Part shown: piece by piece, positions 1 through 10,234 of the stretch
Numbering within the stretch: the stretch's first letter is position 1
Layout of the letters: each line of letters opens with the position of its first letter
NCBI GenBank assembly: GCA_963735595.1
Contig: CAVTLK010000002.1
Location: 224,001 to 288,000 of the forward strand
Source: an uncultured delta proteobacterium
GTDB taxonomy: Bacteria; Desulfobacterota; Zymogenia; Zymogenales; Zymogenaceae
DNA: 64,000 bases
Direction: 5' to 3'
Program-made: the position numbers and the translations under genes
The notes under the pieces: model-generated
Database searches by the model: none
Told to the model about the DNA's origin: nothing
Seen by the model: only the letters and a program-made list of their open reading frames with translations

Positions 1-942
1 CGCAAAGGTCGTCTCGTAGCCGGGGCCGAACTCCTGACGGAGCAGCGCGATGTGGATACAGCCGATGGGGCACCCGGAGCAGGAGATTTTCCTCAGCAGG
101 ATCTCCTCGGCGAATGTGACGCCGTCTATCTCCTGCGCGTTCTCGAACGAGGTCTGGCTGAGGTTTCTGGTGGGAAGCCCACCGGCCGTGGAGAGCGGGA
201 GAACGTTGACCGGAGTGCCCAGCTCGTGGTACTTCTTCATAGCGTCCGACTCAGTGGCGATCTTGAGGATCTTCTCGTAGACGCGGTTATACTCTTTGGG
301 CTTGGAGATGGGGTAGGAGCGGTTACCGCCGACCACTATCGCCTTAAGGAGCTTGGAGCCGAAGACCGCGCCCAGCCCGAGCCTGCCGAAATGGCGATAG
401 GTATCCACGTTGACCAGGGCAAAGCGCACCAGGCGTTCCCCGGCCTGGCCGATGCGGATGATGCTGCGCTTGCCCGAGCCGATCTTGGCTTCCCGGTCGC
501 GCAACACCTTCCCGGTCCGCTCGACCTTCTCGCCCCACAGGAAACCCGCGTCCTTGATGTCGATTGAGCCCTGGGTGATTGCCAGGTAGACGGGCGAGGA
601 GGCCCTGCCCTGGATAACGAAGGCGTCGTATCCCGCAAAGCGCATCGCCATGGCAAGCCTTCCGCCGGCGTGGGATTCCCCAAAGTTGCCGGTCAGCGGA
701 GAGCGGAAGACGGCCGACGTCTTGGTGACGATGGGAAAGATGGTGTTCATCGGCCCGACGGAAAAGATAATGGGCTGATCGGGATCGAGGGGGTCCTTAT
801 CGATCTTGACAAGCTCCGAGAAGAGCTTGGTCGCCACCCCGGAGCCGCCGATATATTCCATCAGGTCTTGACGCCGCTCGATCTTTACCCGTCGAGTGGT
901 CAGGTCTATATATACAACCTTGATGTAGTCTCTATTCAGCAT
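1..942 (-). CDS. Aldehyde:ferredoxin oxidoreductase family (W/Mo-bis-pterin) large subunit, N-terminal part; runs off the window
   Basis: Not in the ORF track. Manual translation from ATG at 942 gives MLNRDYIKVVYIDL...YIGGSGVA...SPLTGNFGESHAGG...AGYDAFVIQG...RHFGRLGLGAVFGSKLLKAIVV, typical AOR N-domain motifs; the frame is open to base 1. Confidence 0.9.
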   Translation of the reverse strand, partial: MLNRDYIKVVYIDLTTRRVKIERRQDLMEYIGGSGVATKLFSELVKIDKDPLDPDQPIIFSVGPMNTIFPIVTKTSAVFRSPLTGNFGESHAGGRLAMAMRFAGYDAFVIQGRASSPVYLAITQGSIDIKDAGFLWGEKVERTGKVLRDREAKIGSGKRSIIRIGQAGERLVRFALVNVDTYRHFGRLGLGAVFGSKLLKAIVVGGNRSYPISKPKEYNRVYEKILKIATESDAMKKYHELGTPVNVLPLSTAGGLPTRNLSQTSFENAQEIDGVTFAEEILLRKISCSGCPIGCIHIALLRQEFGPGYETTFA

Positions 943-1402
943 TTTCCTGATCTCCCGCCTCCGAAGTATCCGGTTGACCTTCGTTGTGATCAAAGTGCTC
1001 CACGTATTCCATGGCCAGGCACTCGTGGGGGCAATGGCGGACACAGGCACCGCACTGGACGCATATGATCGGGATATGGAGCTCCTCGTCAAACGCGATA
1101 ACGTTTACGGGGCAGGCGTCCACGCACTTCTTGCACGCGAAGCAGGCCTTACGGTCAAACCGCACGCCTCCGCCTTTCCGGGGAGTGAGCGCCCCGCTCA
1201 TGCAGACGGCCGCGCAGGGCGGCGGGTCGCACCCCATGCAGATATCGGCCAGCATCTGGCTCTGGAAACCGCCCGCGGTTCGCACGCGTATCGCGCTGCG
1301 CTCAACCGAGAGGCTGTTGTGGCGCACCCGCGCACAGGTGAGCATACACCCCATACAGGCGATGCACTGCTCCATTTTGACGGCCCTTAACACCTTAGCC
1401 AT
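932..1402 (-). CDS. 4Fe-4S dicluster/polyferredoxin subunit partnered with the AOR-family enzyme
   Basis: Four Cys clusters (CIACMGC, CMGCDPPPCAAVC, CFACKKCVDACP, CVQCGACVRHCP); overlaps the AOR start. Confidence 0.9.
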   Translation of the reverse strand: MAKVLRAVKMEQCIACMGCMLTCARVRHNSLSVERSAIRVRTAGGFQSQMLADICMGCDPPPCAAVCMSGALTPRKGGGVRFDRKACFACKKCVDACPVNVIAFDEELHIPIICVQCGACVRHCPHECLAMEYVEHFDHNEGQPDTSEAGDQENAE

Positions 1403-1602
1403 ATCGCATTCCCCTGGCGTATTCCTCTGCCGTATTCCTCTGGTGTATTCCTCCGGCTCCCTCTCTGTCAGGGAGGTCTCTTTCGTTGGGTGATTACGGC
1501 CGGATATCGTGATGGAAGAGTCGGCAGATTAACAATACTTCCGCTGTCGGACCCGCCGTATTTCTTATAGTATATCAAAACGAGAACGAAAAGTAAAGGA
1601 TT

Positions 1603-2007
1603 TCAGGATTTATCGGTCCGGGTCTTGCCGCCGCGCCGCGATTGGCAGACCGGCCAGAGGAACCAGGACAGGATCACGAAGGCGAGGTATATGCCCGTGA
1701 GGATGTAGATGATTACCAGTGAGACCCCGATATCCTCGATGTAGATAAGATGACGAAGCCACGTGATGATAAACGACCCGCCGTAAGAAAAGCCGGGGGC
1801 GTCCGAGCGCCGCAGGTACTCCTCGAGGTGGGTGAGGGGGCAGATCGTGCCGGTTACCTGCATGACGACCGTCCCGACGAGCGCGACGGCGTGGGCTATC
1901 CTCAACCGCCGCATACCGAAGGCAAGGGCGGCAGGAAGGCCCAGAATGATAAAGAGGATCCAGGCAAAATGGACGACGAGGACGATGTCGGAGAAAAGGA
2001 TTTGCAT
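1603..2007 (-). CDS. DUF2784-like membrane protein
   Basis: VHFAWILF...AH...ICPLTHLEEYLR...GSFI pattern and hydrophobic helices. Confidence 0.75.
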   Translation of the reverse strand: MQILFSDIVLVVHFAWILFIILGLPAALAFGMRRLRIAHAVALVGTVVMQVTGTICPLTHLEEYLRRSDAPGFSYGGSFIITWLRHLIYIEDIGVSLVIIYILTGIYLAFVILSWFLWPVCQSRRGGKTRTDKS

Positions 2008-2048
2008 GGACTTGACAGATTATTGTTTTTCCGTAACGGAAAAGTAAC

Positions 2049-2176
2049 CGTCATTGCGAGCCGCCTTTGGGCGGCGCGGCAATCCCCCGACTATATCATC
2101 GGGGCGTTGGCTGATTGAGGTGTTCGCGTAATAGTCAGGTGATTGCCTGGGTTGCCGAGTCTCCCTCATAATGACG
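2049..2176. repeat. Palindromic intergenic repeat (GTCATTGCGAG...GCAATC / GATTGC...AATGAC family), copy 1
   Basis: Terminal inverted repeats with internal hairpins; related copies at 3473, 44589 and 48897. Confidence 0.75.
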
Positions 2177-2189
2177 CGTAAATGTGCGC

Positions 2190-3338
2190 CTACACTTTTT
2201 CGTACGGTGAAAAGAGCTTGCCGTGCTCGTCTATGGCGAACTTGTCGGTCATCTGGGCGATATAGTCCGATATAACGCGGATACTTCCCGTTTTGCTGAA
2301 CTCTTCGAAGACCGCCGGCGGCAGCTGTTCGGGGATGTCCACGTAGGTCCGAAAAAGGTCGGTGAGGATGCGCTCGGCCTTGCCGCTCATCCGCACCACC
2401 CGGAAGTGGCGGTAGAGGCGGCGCATGAGAAAGGCCTTGAGCTCTTCGTTGAGGCGGTTCATCTCTTCGCTGAAGACGGCGATGCGTTCAGGGGCGTTTC
2501 TGACGTCGTCCGCGGTATTAACACCGTGACGCTCGATATTGCGGCCGGCCTCGGCCACGGCATCGGTCACCTGCCGCCCGATGAGCCGGGAGACGGAGAC
2601 GAGCCGGAGGACCGTGTCGCTCTCGTCCGGGTGCTCGCTCAGCACCCGGTTAAAGGTATCCCGCCAGAGGGTAACCTCCATGATCTCGTCGGCGGAAAGC
2701 ATCCCGGAGGCCAGCCCGTCGTCGATGTCGTGGCTGTTATAGGCGATCTCGTCGGCGATGTCCACAACCTGGGCTTCGAGCGACCCATAGGGGTAGCCGG
2801 AAAACTCCGTTGCCCCGGCCACGTCGTAGTCGGTGGCGTGTTTGGCCAATCCCTCCCTGACCTCGCAGGTCAGGTTGAGGCCGGGGAAACCGGGGTATTT
2901 TTTCTCGAGCTCTTCGACGATCTTGAGGCTCTGGAGGTTGTGGTTGAAGCCCCCGTCCGAGGCCAGGAATTCGTTGAGCGTCTTTTCGCCGCTGTGCCCA
3001 AAGGGGGGGTGGCCCATGTCGTGCGCGAGCGCCACGGCCTCGGTCAGGTCCTCGTTGACGGCCAGCGACCGGGCGATGGTCCGGGCGATCTGGGAGACCT
3101 CGATGGTGTGGGTGAGGCGGGTGCGGAAATAGTCGCCCTCGTGGTAGACGAAGACCTGGGTCTTGTATTCGAGGCGGCGGAACGCGCTGGAGTGGATGAT
3201 CCGGTCCCGGTCACGCTGAAAGGCGGTGCGGATCTCGTCCTCGAGCTCCTTGTGTTTCCTCCCCCGGCTTTTAGCCGAAAAGGAGGCGTAGGGGGCCAGG
3301 TGGTCAAGCTCCCACCGCTCGGTGTCTCTTCTGTCCAT
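2190..3338 (-). CDS. dgt: Deoxyguanosinetriphosphate triphosphohydrolase (HD-domain dGTPase)
   Basis: RTAFQRDRDRIIHSSAFRRLEYKTQVF, RTRLTHT, AHDMGHPPFGHSGE, DIADEIAY motifs. Confidence 0.95.
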   Translation of the reverse strand: MDRRDTERWELDHLAPYASFSAKSRGRKHKELEDEIRTAFQRDRDRIIHSSAFRRLEYKTQVFVYHEGDYFRTRLTHTIEVSQIARTIARSLAVNEDLTEAVALAHDMGHPPFGHSGEKTLNEFLASDGGFNHNLQSLKIVEELEKKYPGFPGLNLTCEVREGLAKHATDYDVAGATEFSGYPYGSLEAQVVDIADEIAYNSHDIDDGLASGMLSADEIMEVTLWRDTFNRVLSEHPDESDTVLRLVSVSRLIGRQVTDAVAEAGRNIERHGVNTADDVRNAPERIAVFSEEMNRLNEELKAFLMRRLYRHFRVVRMSGKAERILTDLFRTYVDIPEQLPPAVFEEFSKTGSIRVISDYIAQMTDKFAIDEHGKLFSPYEKV

Positions 3339-3472
3339 ACACTCAAATATTTCACACTATCGGGCGTTTCGTCAAGGGATTTCGTGGGGGGTATCAGCGA
3401 ATAGAAAAAGACGGGCGGCATATATTGCGCCCCGGAGTATTGGCAAGCCTACTGTAAGTACAAACGCCACTA

Positions 3473-3594
3473 TTGTCATTGCGAGGAGCGAAGCGACGTG
3501 GCAATCCCGGACGCGGTAACTACCCGGAAGCACGGTAGTATGTATATCATTATCCGAGATCGCCACGCCCCCTGAAGGGGGCTCGCGATGACAA
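3473..3594. repeat. Palindromic intergenic repeat, copy 2
   Basis: TTGTCATTGCGAG...GTGGCAATC and GATCGCCAC...CTCGCGATGACAA ends. Confidence 0.8.
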
Positions 3595-3763
3595 CTCCTT
3601 GGGAGTTCGCTTTGTCAGCAGTCGGGGCGGTATGTACGCCGCCCCTGCGGGTATATCATCGTTCGTTGCGAAAGCAGGTCGTCCTGCTATAGAAGTGAAG
3701 TCCGTGGATTCGCAGGGGCACCACATGTGGTGCCCGCTGCGTTTACGTTGCAGGGTAGCGTGA

Positions 3764-4988
3764 CTAGTTCTCCTTCTTCGGCTTCTCCTCAACCGCCGGT
3801 TTCTCTGTTCCCGGGAACGTGATGGAAAGCCGCTCTACCTTCGCACCGGCCGACGCCGATACCTCGAATACCTCTGGGGCCGTCCACTCTTTGGCGGCGA
3901 ACGCCGCCGTAACGGCCTCGGTAAAGGCGGGAAGGGCCGATTTCTTCAAGAGCGCCACGGCGCACCCGCCGAAGCCGGCCCCGGTCATCCGGGCGCCGTA
4001 GACGTCCGCGGTGCCGCGCGCGGCTTCCACCACGGCGTCAAGCTCCTTGCAGCTGACCTCGTAGTCCTCCTTGAGGCTCGTGTGGGAATCGTACATGAGG
4101 GCACCGAACTCGGCGACCGCCCCCTTCTTGAGGAGGTCCTTTGCCTTGAGCACCCGCCCGTTTTCGGTCACGACGTGCCGGGCACGTTTGAGGATCGTCT
4201 CCGAAACTAAAGCCTTGATCCTGTCGAGGTCGGCAGCGCTCGCGTCCCGCAGCGCCGACGCCTTCGGGTTTATCTTTTTTAACGCCGATACGGCGGCTTC
4301 GCATTCTGCCCGGCGGTCGTTATAGGCGCCGGCCCCCAGCTCGCGCTTGACCTTCGTGTCCACCGCCACGAAGACGGCGTCCTTCAGGTTCAAGGGGGAT
4401 ATGCTCGTGGCTCATGTCACGGCAGTCGATGAACAGGGCGTGACCCTCCTTTGCCATGAGGCTGGTCATCTGATCCATGATTCCGCACCTGACGCCGACA
4501 AACTCCGCCTCGGCGGTCCTGGCCAGGAGCGCCGTTTCTTCCGGCTTGAGGGGATGGCCGAACATCTCGGAGAGCATCAGGGCAGTCGCGACTTCGAGAG
4601 CCGCCGACGACGAGAGCCCCAGGCCGATGGGGACCTCCCCCAGATAATAGGCCCAGACGCCGTCGACCGCCCGGCCGCTCCTGATGAACTGGTCGGTAAC
4701 GCCCATGACGTAGTCAACCCATCCGCCGCGCCTGGCAAGCGGTTGACGGACGCAGAATTCCTCTATCGGATTAAAGCCGACCGATTTGATCCGCGCCAGA
4801 TCACCATACATCTGACGCGCCACCACGTGGGTGCGCCGCCCGATGGCCATAGGCAGGACGAATCCCTCGTTATAGTCGGTATGCTCACCGATCAGGTTGA
4901 TCCTGCCCGGGGCGCTGGCATAGACGCAGGGCACTTCGCTAAAAACGCTTCCAAACGATGTCACCATCAGGTAAAGGGTCGTATCCAT
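3764..4988 (-). pseudogene. galK: Galactokinase split by a +1 frameshift (real or sequencing error)
   Basis: N-half has APGRINLIGEHTDYNEG and GLGLSSSAA; C-half has GARMTGAGFGGC. Removing one G from the G5 run at 4394-4398 joins ORFs 4320..4988 and 3764..4393 (..EHIPLNLKD..). Confidence 0.9.
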
Positions 4989-5112
4989 ATTACTGTCGCA
5001 CTCCTTTCTTATGAAGGGCTCATGAATTTTATAATCAATCCTACGCTAAAAGTAAAGGATAAAAAAACGTTTTGGACTTGCCCGGCCGTACCCTTTATGG
5101 GAAAATCTACCC

Positions 5113-5772
5113 ATGACCGATATTGACACTATCATCGGACGGCTGGAGGCCCGCTTTGGCATCCCGAAGAAGGGAAAGATCAAGGATCCCCTTTCGGAGC
5201 TGATATTTACCATCCTCTCCCAGAACACGACCGACATAAACAGAGACCGCGCTTACGAGAGGCTCCGAGGCCGGTTTGTCCGCTGGGAAGACGTGCTGGC
5301 GGCGGAAACGTCCGAGATCGAAGAGGCTATCAGGGTCGGCGGGCTCGGCCCCCAGAAGTCGAAACGGATCAAGGCGATCCTCGGCGAGATCTATGAGAAG
5401 ACCGGGACCCTCTCGTTAGACTACCTCTCGAAGATCGGGGCCGAGCAGGCGCGCAATACGCTGCTGGCCTTTAACGGCGTCGGCCAGAAGACGGCCGCTA
5501 TCGTGCTCCTCTTTTCCCTGGACATGCCGGCATTCCCGGTGGACACCCACATCCTCAGGGTAACCCGACGGCTCGGGCTTATCCCCGCGGGAGCCGACGC
5601 GGCCGCAGCCCACACGATCCTCGGCGCCCTGATACCCACCGATAAATACTACCCCGCCCATATAAACCTGATCATGCTGGGAAGGTCGCTCTGCAAGCCG
5701 AGAAACCCCCGCTGCGCCGAGTGTCCCCTGCTGGCGCTGTGCCGGTTCGGGCAGGAGTTTCTCAATCGATAA
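5113..5772 (+). CDS. nth: Endonuclease III (HhH-GPD DNA glycosylase with 4Fe-4S cluster)
   Basis: ILSQNTTD, GVGQKTA, FPVDTH, C-x6-C-x2-C-x5-C. Confidence 0.9.
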   Translation: MTDIDTIIGRLEARFGIPKKGKIKDPLSELIFTILSQNTTDINRDRAYERLRGRFVRWEDVLAAETSEIEEAIRVGGLGPQKSKRIKAILGEIYEKTGTLSLDYLSKIGAEQARNTLLAFNGVGQKTAAIVLLFSLDMPAFPVDTHILRVTRRLGLIPAGADAAAAHTILGALIPTDKYYPAHINLIMLGRSLCKPRNPRCAECPLLALCRFGQEFLNR

Positions 5773-5778
5773 TTGTCC

Positions 5779-5808
5779 TTGCAATAGCCGACCGGATACG
5801 GGTATAAT
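5779..5808 (+). promoter_or_regulatory. Candidate sigma70 promoter
   Basis: TTGCAA-N18-TATAAT upstream of 5922. Confidence 0.5.
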
Positions 5809-5921
5809 CACTAACAAGGCGGGCGGTTCTCAACAGTCCCGTCGGCACATAATCCCGAGGAACAACGGATCGGACCGCGACGGCATCGAGACCCCTGCGG
5901 TGCGATTTTCAGGGACAGACT

Positions 5922-6437
5922 GTGGATGCTATTGTAAAGTTCTACCTGCCGCATATCATATTCTTCGGCGCGCTCGTCGGAGTGTTCCTGCTTATCGCCG
6001 TCACCTACCTTCTCGTGGAACAAAGAAGGACGCTCCGCGAAATCGTAAAGACTTTTGACGAGTTCTCGGTGGTCGTTGAGAGCCTGATCGTCAAGATCAC
6101 CCCCCTCCTCCAGCAGCAGCTGGCAACCTTCGATAAGACCAAGGAATGCCCGCAATGCAAGAAGCTAATCGACGAGGCCTACGGGGCATGTCCGTTTTGT
6201 TCTCACCAGTTCGTCAAGAAGTATTTCGTCTCGGTTATCGGACCGGGCGATGAAAAGAAGCTGGAGACGGCCGCCGAAAAGCTCTCGACCGCCCTCAAGA
6301 TCGACTTCCACGAGATGAAGCACCGTCTCCGAATGGGATTCGAATACGCCATCCCCGACCACGCGAAGCGCCGGGAGTTTATGACCGCCGTGGAAAAGAT
6401 GGGCTGCACCGTTAGAGAGACCCTTAAGTGGGTATGA
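5922..6437 (+). CDS. Membrane-anchored zinc-ribbon hypothetical protein
   Basis: N-terminal TM helix, CPQC...CPFC, coding-like codon usage. Confidence 0.7.
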   Translation: MDAIVKFYLPHIIFFGALVGVFLLIAVTYLLVEQRRTLREIVKTFDEFSVVVESLIVKITPLLQQQLATFDKTKECPQCKKLIDEAYGACPFCSHQFVKKYFVSVIGPGDEKKLETAAEKLSTALKIDFHEMKHRLRMGFEYAIPDHAKRREFMTAVEKMGCTVRETLKWV

Positions 6438-6563
6438 GCCGCCACGCGCAAATGCCGTTTCTCTCGGAGCCCTGATTACTGAAGGATAAAGGGAAGTCGG
6501 TCGCCGAAACCGGGCGTTTTCGTTTTCGGCGCGTGCTTTAGAAATATTCCTTTGGAGGTCACC

Positions 6564-6764
6564 ATGAAGCTTTTAGCGATTTTGGCCAGGCTCCTTATCA
6601 TCGTGGCGGCGCTTGGTTTTGTTGCGGCGATAGCCGTCAAATTCATGGGCGGCACCCCGGTCGCCTTCGGGCTCTACCCGCGCTCGTTCATGAATTTCGT
6701 GGATGCCTGCCTCCTCTTTGCCATTGCGCTCTTGCTCTTGGAGGGTCCCGCGAAAAAGAAATAG
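6564..6764 (+). CDS. Small two-TM membrane protein
   Basis: GGAGG RBS before ATG 6564; two hydrophobic helices. Confidence 0.65.
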   Translation: MKLLAILARLLIIVAALGFVAAIAVKFMGGTPVAFGLYPRSFMNFVDACLLFAIALLLLEGPAKKK

Positions 6765-6841
6765 GGCGCGCGGATATCCACCTGCTTTTTCGCGGCGCGC
6801 GTGCGGCCTGTCGCCTCTCGGGCGCAGATAAGGAGGGAAAT

Positions 6842-7027
6842 ATGAGATTGCTTTCGTATCTCTTTCTTTTGGCCTCGCTGGTCGGTTTCGTACTGTGTGT
6901 TGTGGTAAGGCTCTTTTATCCCAATGGAATCTACGGGGTAGGTTTGGAATCGTTCTATTCGTTTTCTTTTTTGTCGGCCGTGTTGGTCATCGCTATGAGC
7001 CTGATTCGCGCGGCATCAAAGGATTAG
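6842..7027 (+). CDS. Small two-TM membrane protein
   Basis: AAGGAGG RBS; two hydrophobic helices; layout similar to the upstream gene. Confidence 0.6.
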   Translation: MRLLSYLFLLASLVGFVLCVVVRLFYPNGIYGVGLESFYSFSFLSAVLVIAMSLIRAASKD

Positions 7028-7084
7028 CGGGTGGCGCCGCGCCGGCCCTCACCGGCGGCGGCTTCCCGCATGACAACGGGCGGT

Positions 7085-7118
7085 AAAAAGCAGAGGGGGG
7101 AATCAATCCCCCCTTTGT
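7085..7118 (-). terminator. Rho-independent terminator
   Basis: GGGGGGA/TCCCCCC stem with an adjacent A-run (U-run on -) just after the RRM gene. Confidence 0.6.
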
Positions 7119-7139
7119 TATCTACGATAGCTCAGGAAG

Positions 7140-7424
7140 CTAGTATCTGCTGCGGTAGCCGCCACCGCCTCCCCTGCCCTGATCCCTGCTCTTGGGAGGC
7201 CGCGCCTCGTCCACATTTAGAGACCGTCCGGCGAATTCCGTACCGTTAAGCGCGTCCTTAGCGTTTTCGGCTTCGGACTGGGAACCCATCTCAACGAACC
7301 CGAAACCTTTTCCCTCGATGACCTTGGCTTCTTTGACCTCGCCGTGGTTGGTAAAAAGCTCGGTGAGCTCCTCGGACGTTACCGAGTAGCTGAGGTTTCC
7401 CACGAAAAGTTTGCTTCCCTGCAT
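7140..7424 (-). CDS. RRM (RNP-1) RNA-binding protein
   Basis: KLFVGNL, KGFGFVEM, VDEARP, Gly-rich tail. Confidence 0.95.
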   Translation of the reverse strand: MQGSKLFVGNLSYSVTSEELTELFTNHGEVKEAKVIEGKGFGFVEMGSQSEAENAKDALNGTEFAGRSLNVDEARPPKSRDQGRGGGGGYRSRY

Positions 7425-7820
7425 CCTTGACTCCTTTTCTTCTCTTATTTAATAATGGTCGGCACTGTAAGCTAATGCGAGGAAAGCGACATCGCAACAC
7501 ATCATTAAACGCGAGAATCGAACAACAAAAACGATTGAAAGGAAATTATTGATCATCACATGAAGCTTGTGGGTTCCCTTTCAAAGGCCGTCATCAGAAC
7601 CCTGTGTCCTGATTGCGGCCAAAATTATATAAGCCGGCCTATTGGCTGTCAAGCGAAATATGTATAAACATAATTGGGTAAGAAGCGCCCGTTACGATCC
7701 AACCAACCGCTCTCGACCGACATTTTTGCAGGCGTGGCGCTTCTTACGTTGATTATTTTTTATCATGGCATATAATAGTAAGCGGGAAGACCTAAACGCT
7801 TCGATAACGGGAGACTTCAC

Positions 7821-10037
7821 ATGACGCGTGTTCTCGTTGTAGATGATTCCGAACTTATTCTCGCCCAGGTGGGAGACATCCTCGTAAAATTCGGTTATAA
7901 AGTGGTCGGAACAGCCTCGTCCGGTGTCGAAGCTATCGAGCGGGCGAAACGCCTTCACCCCGATATTACCCTGTTAGATATCGTGATGCCCGGCGAGATG
8001 GACGGAATAGAAGCTGCTCGACAGATCAGGTCCGAGCTGGATATTCCGGTTATCTTATTGACCGGCTATGAAGACGAAAAATCGATCGATCGAATTAAGG
8101 AAGTTCGCGCAGACGGCTATGTCATGAAGCCGGTGAGGCCCCTTGAACTGAAGGCTTCGATTGAAATTGCCCTGGGGAAAAGGGAATCGGAGAAGCGTTT
8201 CAAGGACCTTTACCGTGAAGTTGTTGAAAAGACGAGCGACCTTATATACGTGGTGGATGGAAAAGGTACGATAAAGTACGGAAACGACCAAATCGTGAGA
8301 ATAGCCGGATGCACGAAGGAGGATGCGATAGGCAGGAATTTCGCCACCTTTTTAACTCCCGAGTCGCTTACATACGCCGCCGAGGTATTCAGGAGGCAAA
8401 TAAAAGGGGAGAACGTCGGCCCGTTCGAACTCGATATCATGGACAGCATGGGCAACATCCACGTGTTAGAGATGAAAGAGCGGCTGATATGGGAAAACGG
8501 CAGGGTTGTTGAGGTCCACGGGATCGGCAGGGACGTCACCGAGCGAAAGAAGGTCGAGAATGAACTGAGGATATCGGAGGAGAAATTCAGGGGGGTTTTT
8601 GAGACCTCGCTTGACTTCATGTACATATCTTCCGTTGACGGGAAAATCCTTGACTATAACCCGTCGGCAAGGGACTTCTTCGGCTATACCGATGAGGAAA
8701 TCGAGGCAATGGCCGTGATTGATATCTATGCCGATCCGAACCAACGGCAGGATCTCATAGATACTCTCAAGCAGAAGGGCTTTATCCATGATTACGAGAT
8801 AAAATTGAGAAAAAAGGACGGGTCAATAATAGACGCACTGGCTACGATTACCGTCAGGAGGAACGGGGACGGAACCGTTACCGGATTCCAGGGATCGGTA
8901 AAAGACATCACCCAGAAGAAGCAAATGGAACGGCAGCTTCTGCAGGCGGAGAAGCTTTCCGGACTCGGAACGATGGTTTCCGGGATTGCCCATGAGTTGA
9001 ACAATCCCCTGACGGCGATCATGGGTAACGCGGAGCTTCTGTCGATGAACGAAGACGTTACGGACAGGCAAAAGAAGTCACTTGACGTGATACTGCAGGA
9101 ATCGTTACGGGCGGCCAGGATCGTCAACGGTCTCTTGATGTTTGCCCGCGAGCACGGACCGGAACGAAGGCTGATTAACGTCAACGATGCTCTAATGGAA
9201 TCGGTCAACCTGAAAAGATACAACCTGAAAGTTAATAATGTAGACCTGCAGTTGTCTTTGTCCGATTCCTTACCGCCGACACTTGCAGATTCACACCAGC
9301 TCCAGCAGGTTTTTGTTAATATCTTGAATAACGCCTGTGACGCCCTTGCAGCCTCGAAAGGGGGGACCCTGAAAATCGGGACGGAGCAAAAGGGGAAGCA
9401 GCTGAAGATAGTCTTCGAGGATGACGGTCCGGGGATACCCAGGGAAAACATCAAGAGGCTGTTCGACCCTTTCTTCACGACCAAGGAAATCGGAAAAGGG
9501 ACGGGATTGGGCCTTTCAATCGCGTACGGCGTTATTCAAGAACATGGCGGTTCCATCGAAGTCGAGAGCGAGCCGGGCCGGGGAGCGAGATTTACGGTCG
9601 AAATCCCGGTAGTCATTGGAAAGGGAATGGAATCGGTCGAGAAGAGAATATCGGCAATAGAGTCATTTCCCGGGAAATCTATCCTTGTCGTTGACGACGA
9701 AGCGGCGGTGTGCGATTTCCTTTCGGAGCTGCTGCAAAAAGAGGGTTACCTGGTCAAAGCCGCCTCCACAGCCGAGAATGCGATTCTGCTGTTAGATACT
9801 CATCCGTTTGACGCCGTGATAGCCGATATCAGGATGCCCGGCATGAACGGCATGGAGCTATATGGAGAAATCCTCAAGAATCATCCGGCAGTCTCGAAAA
9901 GGGTGCTCTTTGTGACCGGAGATACCCTGAGTGAGGAGGTACAGGTGTTTCTCAGGGTGTCGCATACACAAGCAATCTCAAAGCCGTTTACAACGGGAGA
10001 GCTTCTCGCGACGCTGAATCGGGTTTTCGAGGGGTGA
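7821..10037 (+). CDS. Hybrid sensor histidine kinase (REC-PAS-PAS-HisKA-HATPase-REC)
   Basis: VVDD/LLDIVMPG receiver, two [30 protein letters not shown]-terminal receiver. Confidence 0.95.
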   Translation: MTRVLVVDDSELILAQVGDILVKFGYKVVGTASSGVEAIERAKRLHPDITLLDIVMPGEMDGIEAARQIRSELDIPVILLTGYEDEKSIDRIKEVRADGYVMKPVRPLELKASIEIALGKRESEKRFKDLYREVVEKTSDLIYVVDGKGTIKYGNDQIVRIAGCTKEDAIGRNFATFLTPESLTYAAEVFRRQIKGENVGPFELDIMDSMGNIHVLEMKERLIWENGRVVEVHGIGRDVTERKKVENELRISEEKFRGVFETSLDFMYISSVDGKILDYNPSARDFFGYTDEEIEAMAVIDIYADPNQRQDLIDTLKQKGFIHDYEIKLRKKDGSIIDALATITVRRNGDGTVTGFQGSVKDITQKKQMERQLLQAEKLSGLGTMVSGIAHELNNPLTAIMGNAELLSMNEDVTDRQKKSLDVILQESLRAARIVNGLLMFAREHGPERRLINVNDALMESVNLKRYNLKVNNVDLQLSLSDSLPPTLADSHQLQQVFVNILNNACDALAASKGGTLKIGTEQKGKQLKIVFEDDGPGIPRENIKRLFDPFFTTKEIGKGTGLGLSIAYGVIQEHGGSIEVESEPGRGARFTVEIPVVIGKGMESVEKRISAIESFPGKSILVVDDEAAVCDFLSELLQKEGYLVKAASTAENAILLLDTHPFDAVIADIRMPGMNGMELYGEILKNHPAVSKRVLFVTGDTLSEEVQVFLRVSHTQAISKPFTTGELLATLNRVFEG

Positions 10038-10143
10038 GTCTATGCTCCTCCTTCTATCAAAACGTCTTCGCGGATACCGCCTATCTATCTTGTGACAATT
10101 TTGAGTAGCTTCTAAGTAAAAGAGGGCCACTTTTGTAAAAACA

Positions 10144-10175
10144 ACAACGCCCTCACCAAACGGTAAGGGCGTTGT
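10144..10175. terminator. Hairpin between convergent genes (probable bidirectional terminator)
   Basis: ACAACGCCCT...AGGGCGTTGT 10-bp stem. Confidence 0.6.
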
Positions 10176-10234
10176 CAAAAAGTTTGGGCGGCTATACACC
10201 TGTCCGCTCGAGTATTCCAATCCTTTTACCTAAT

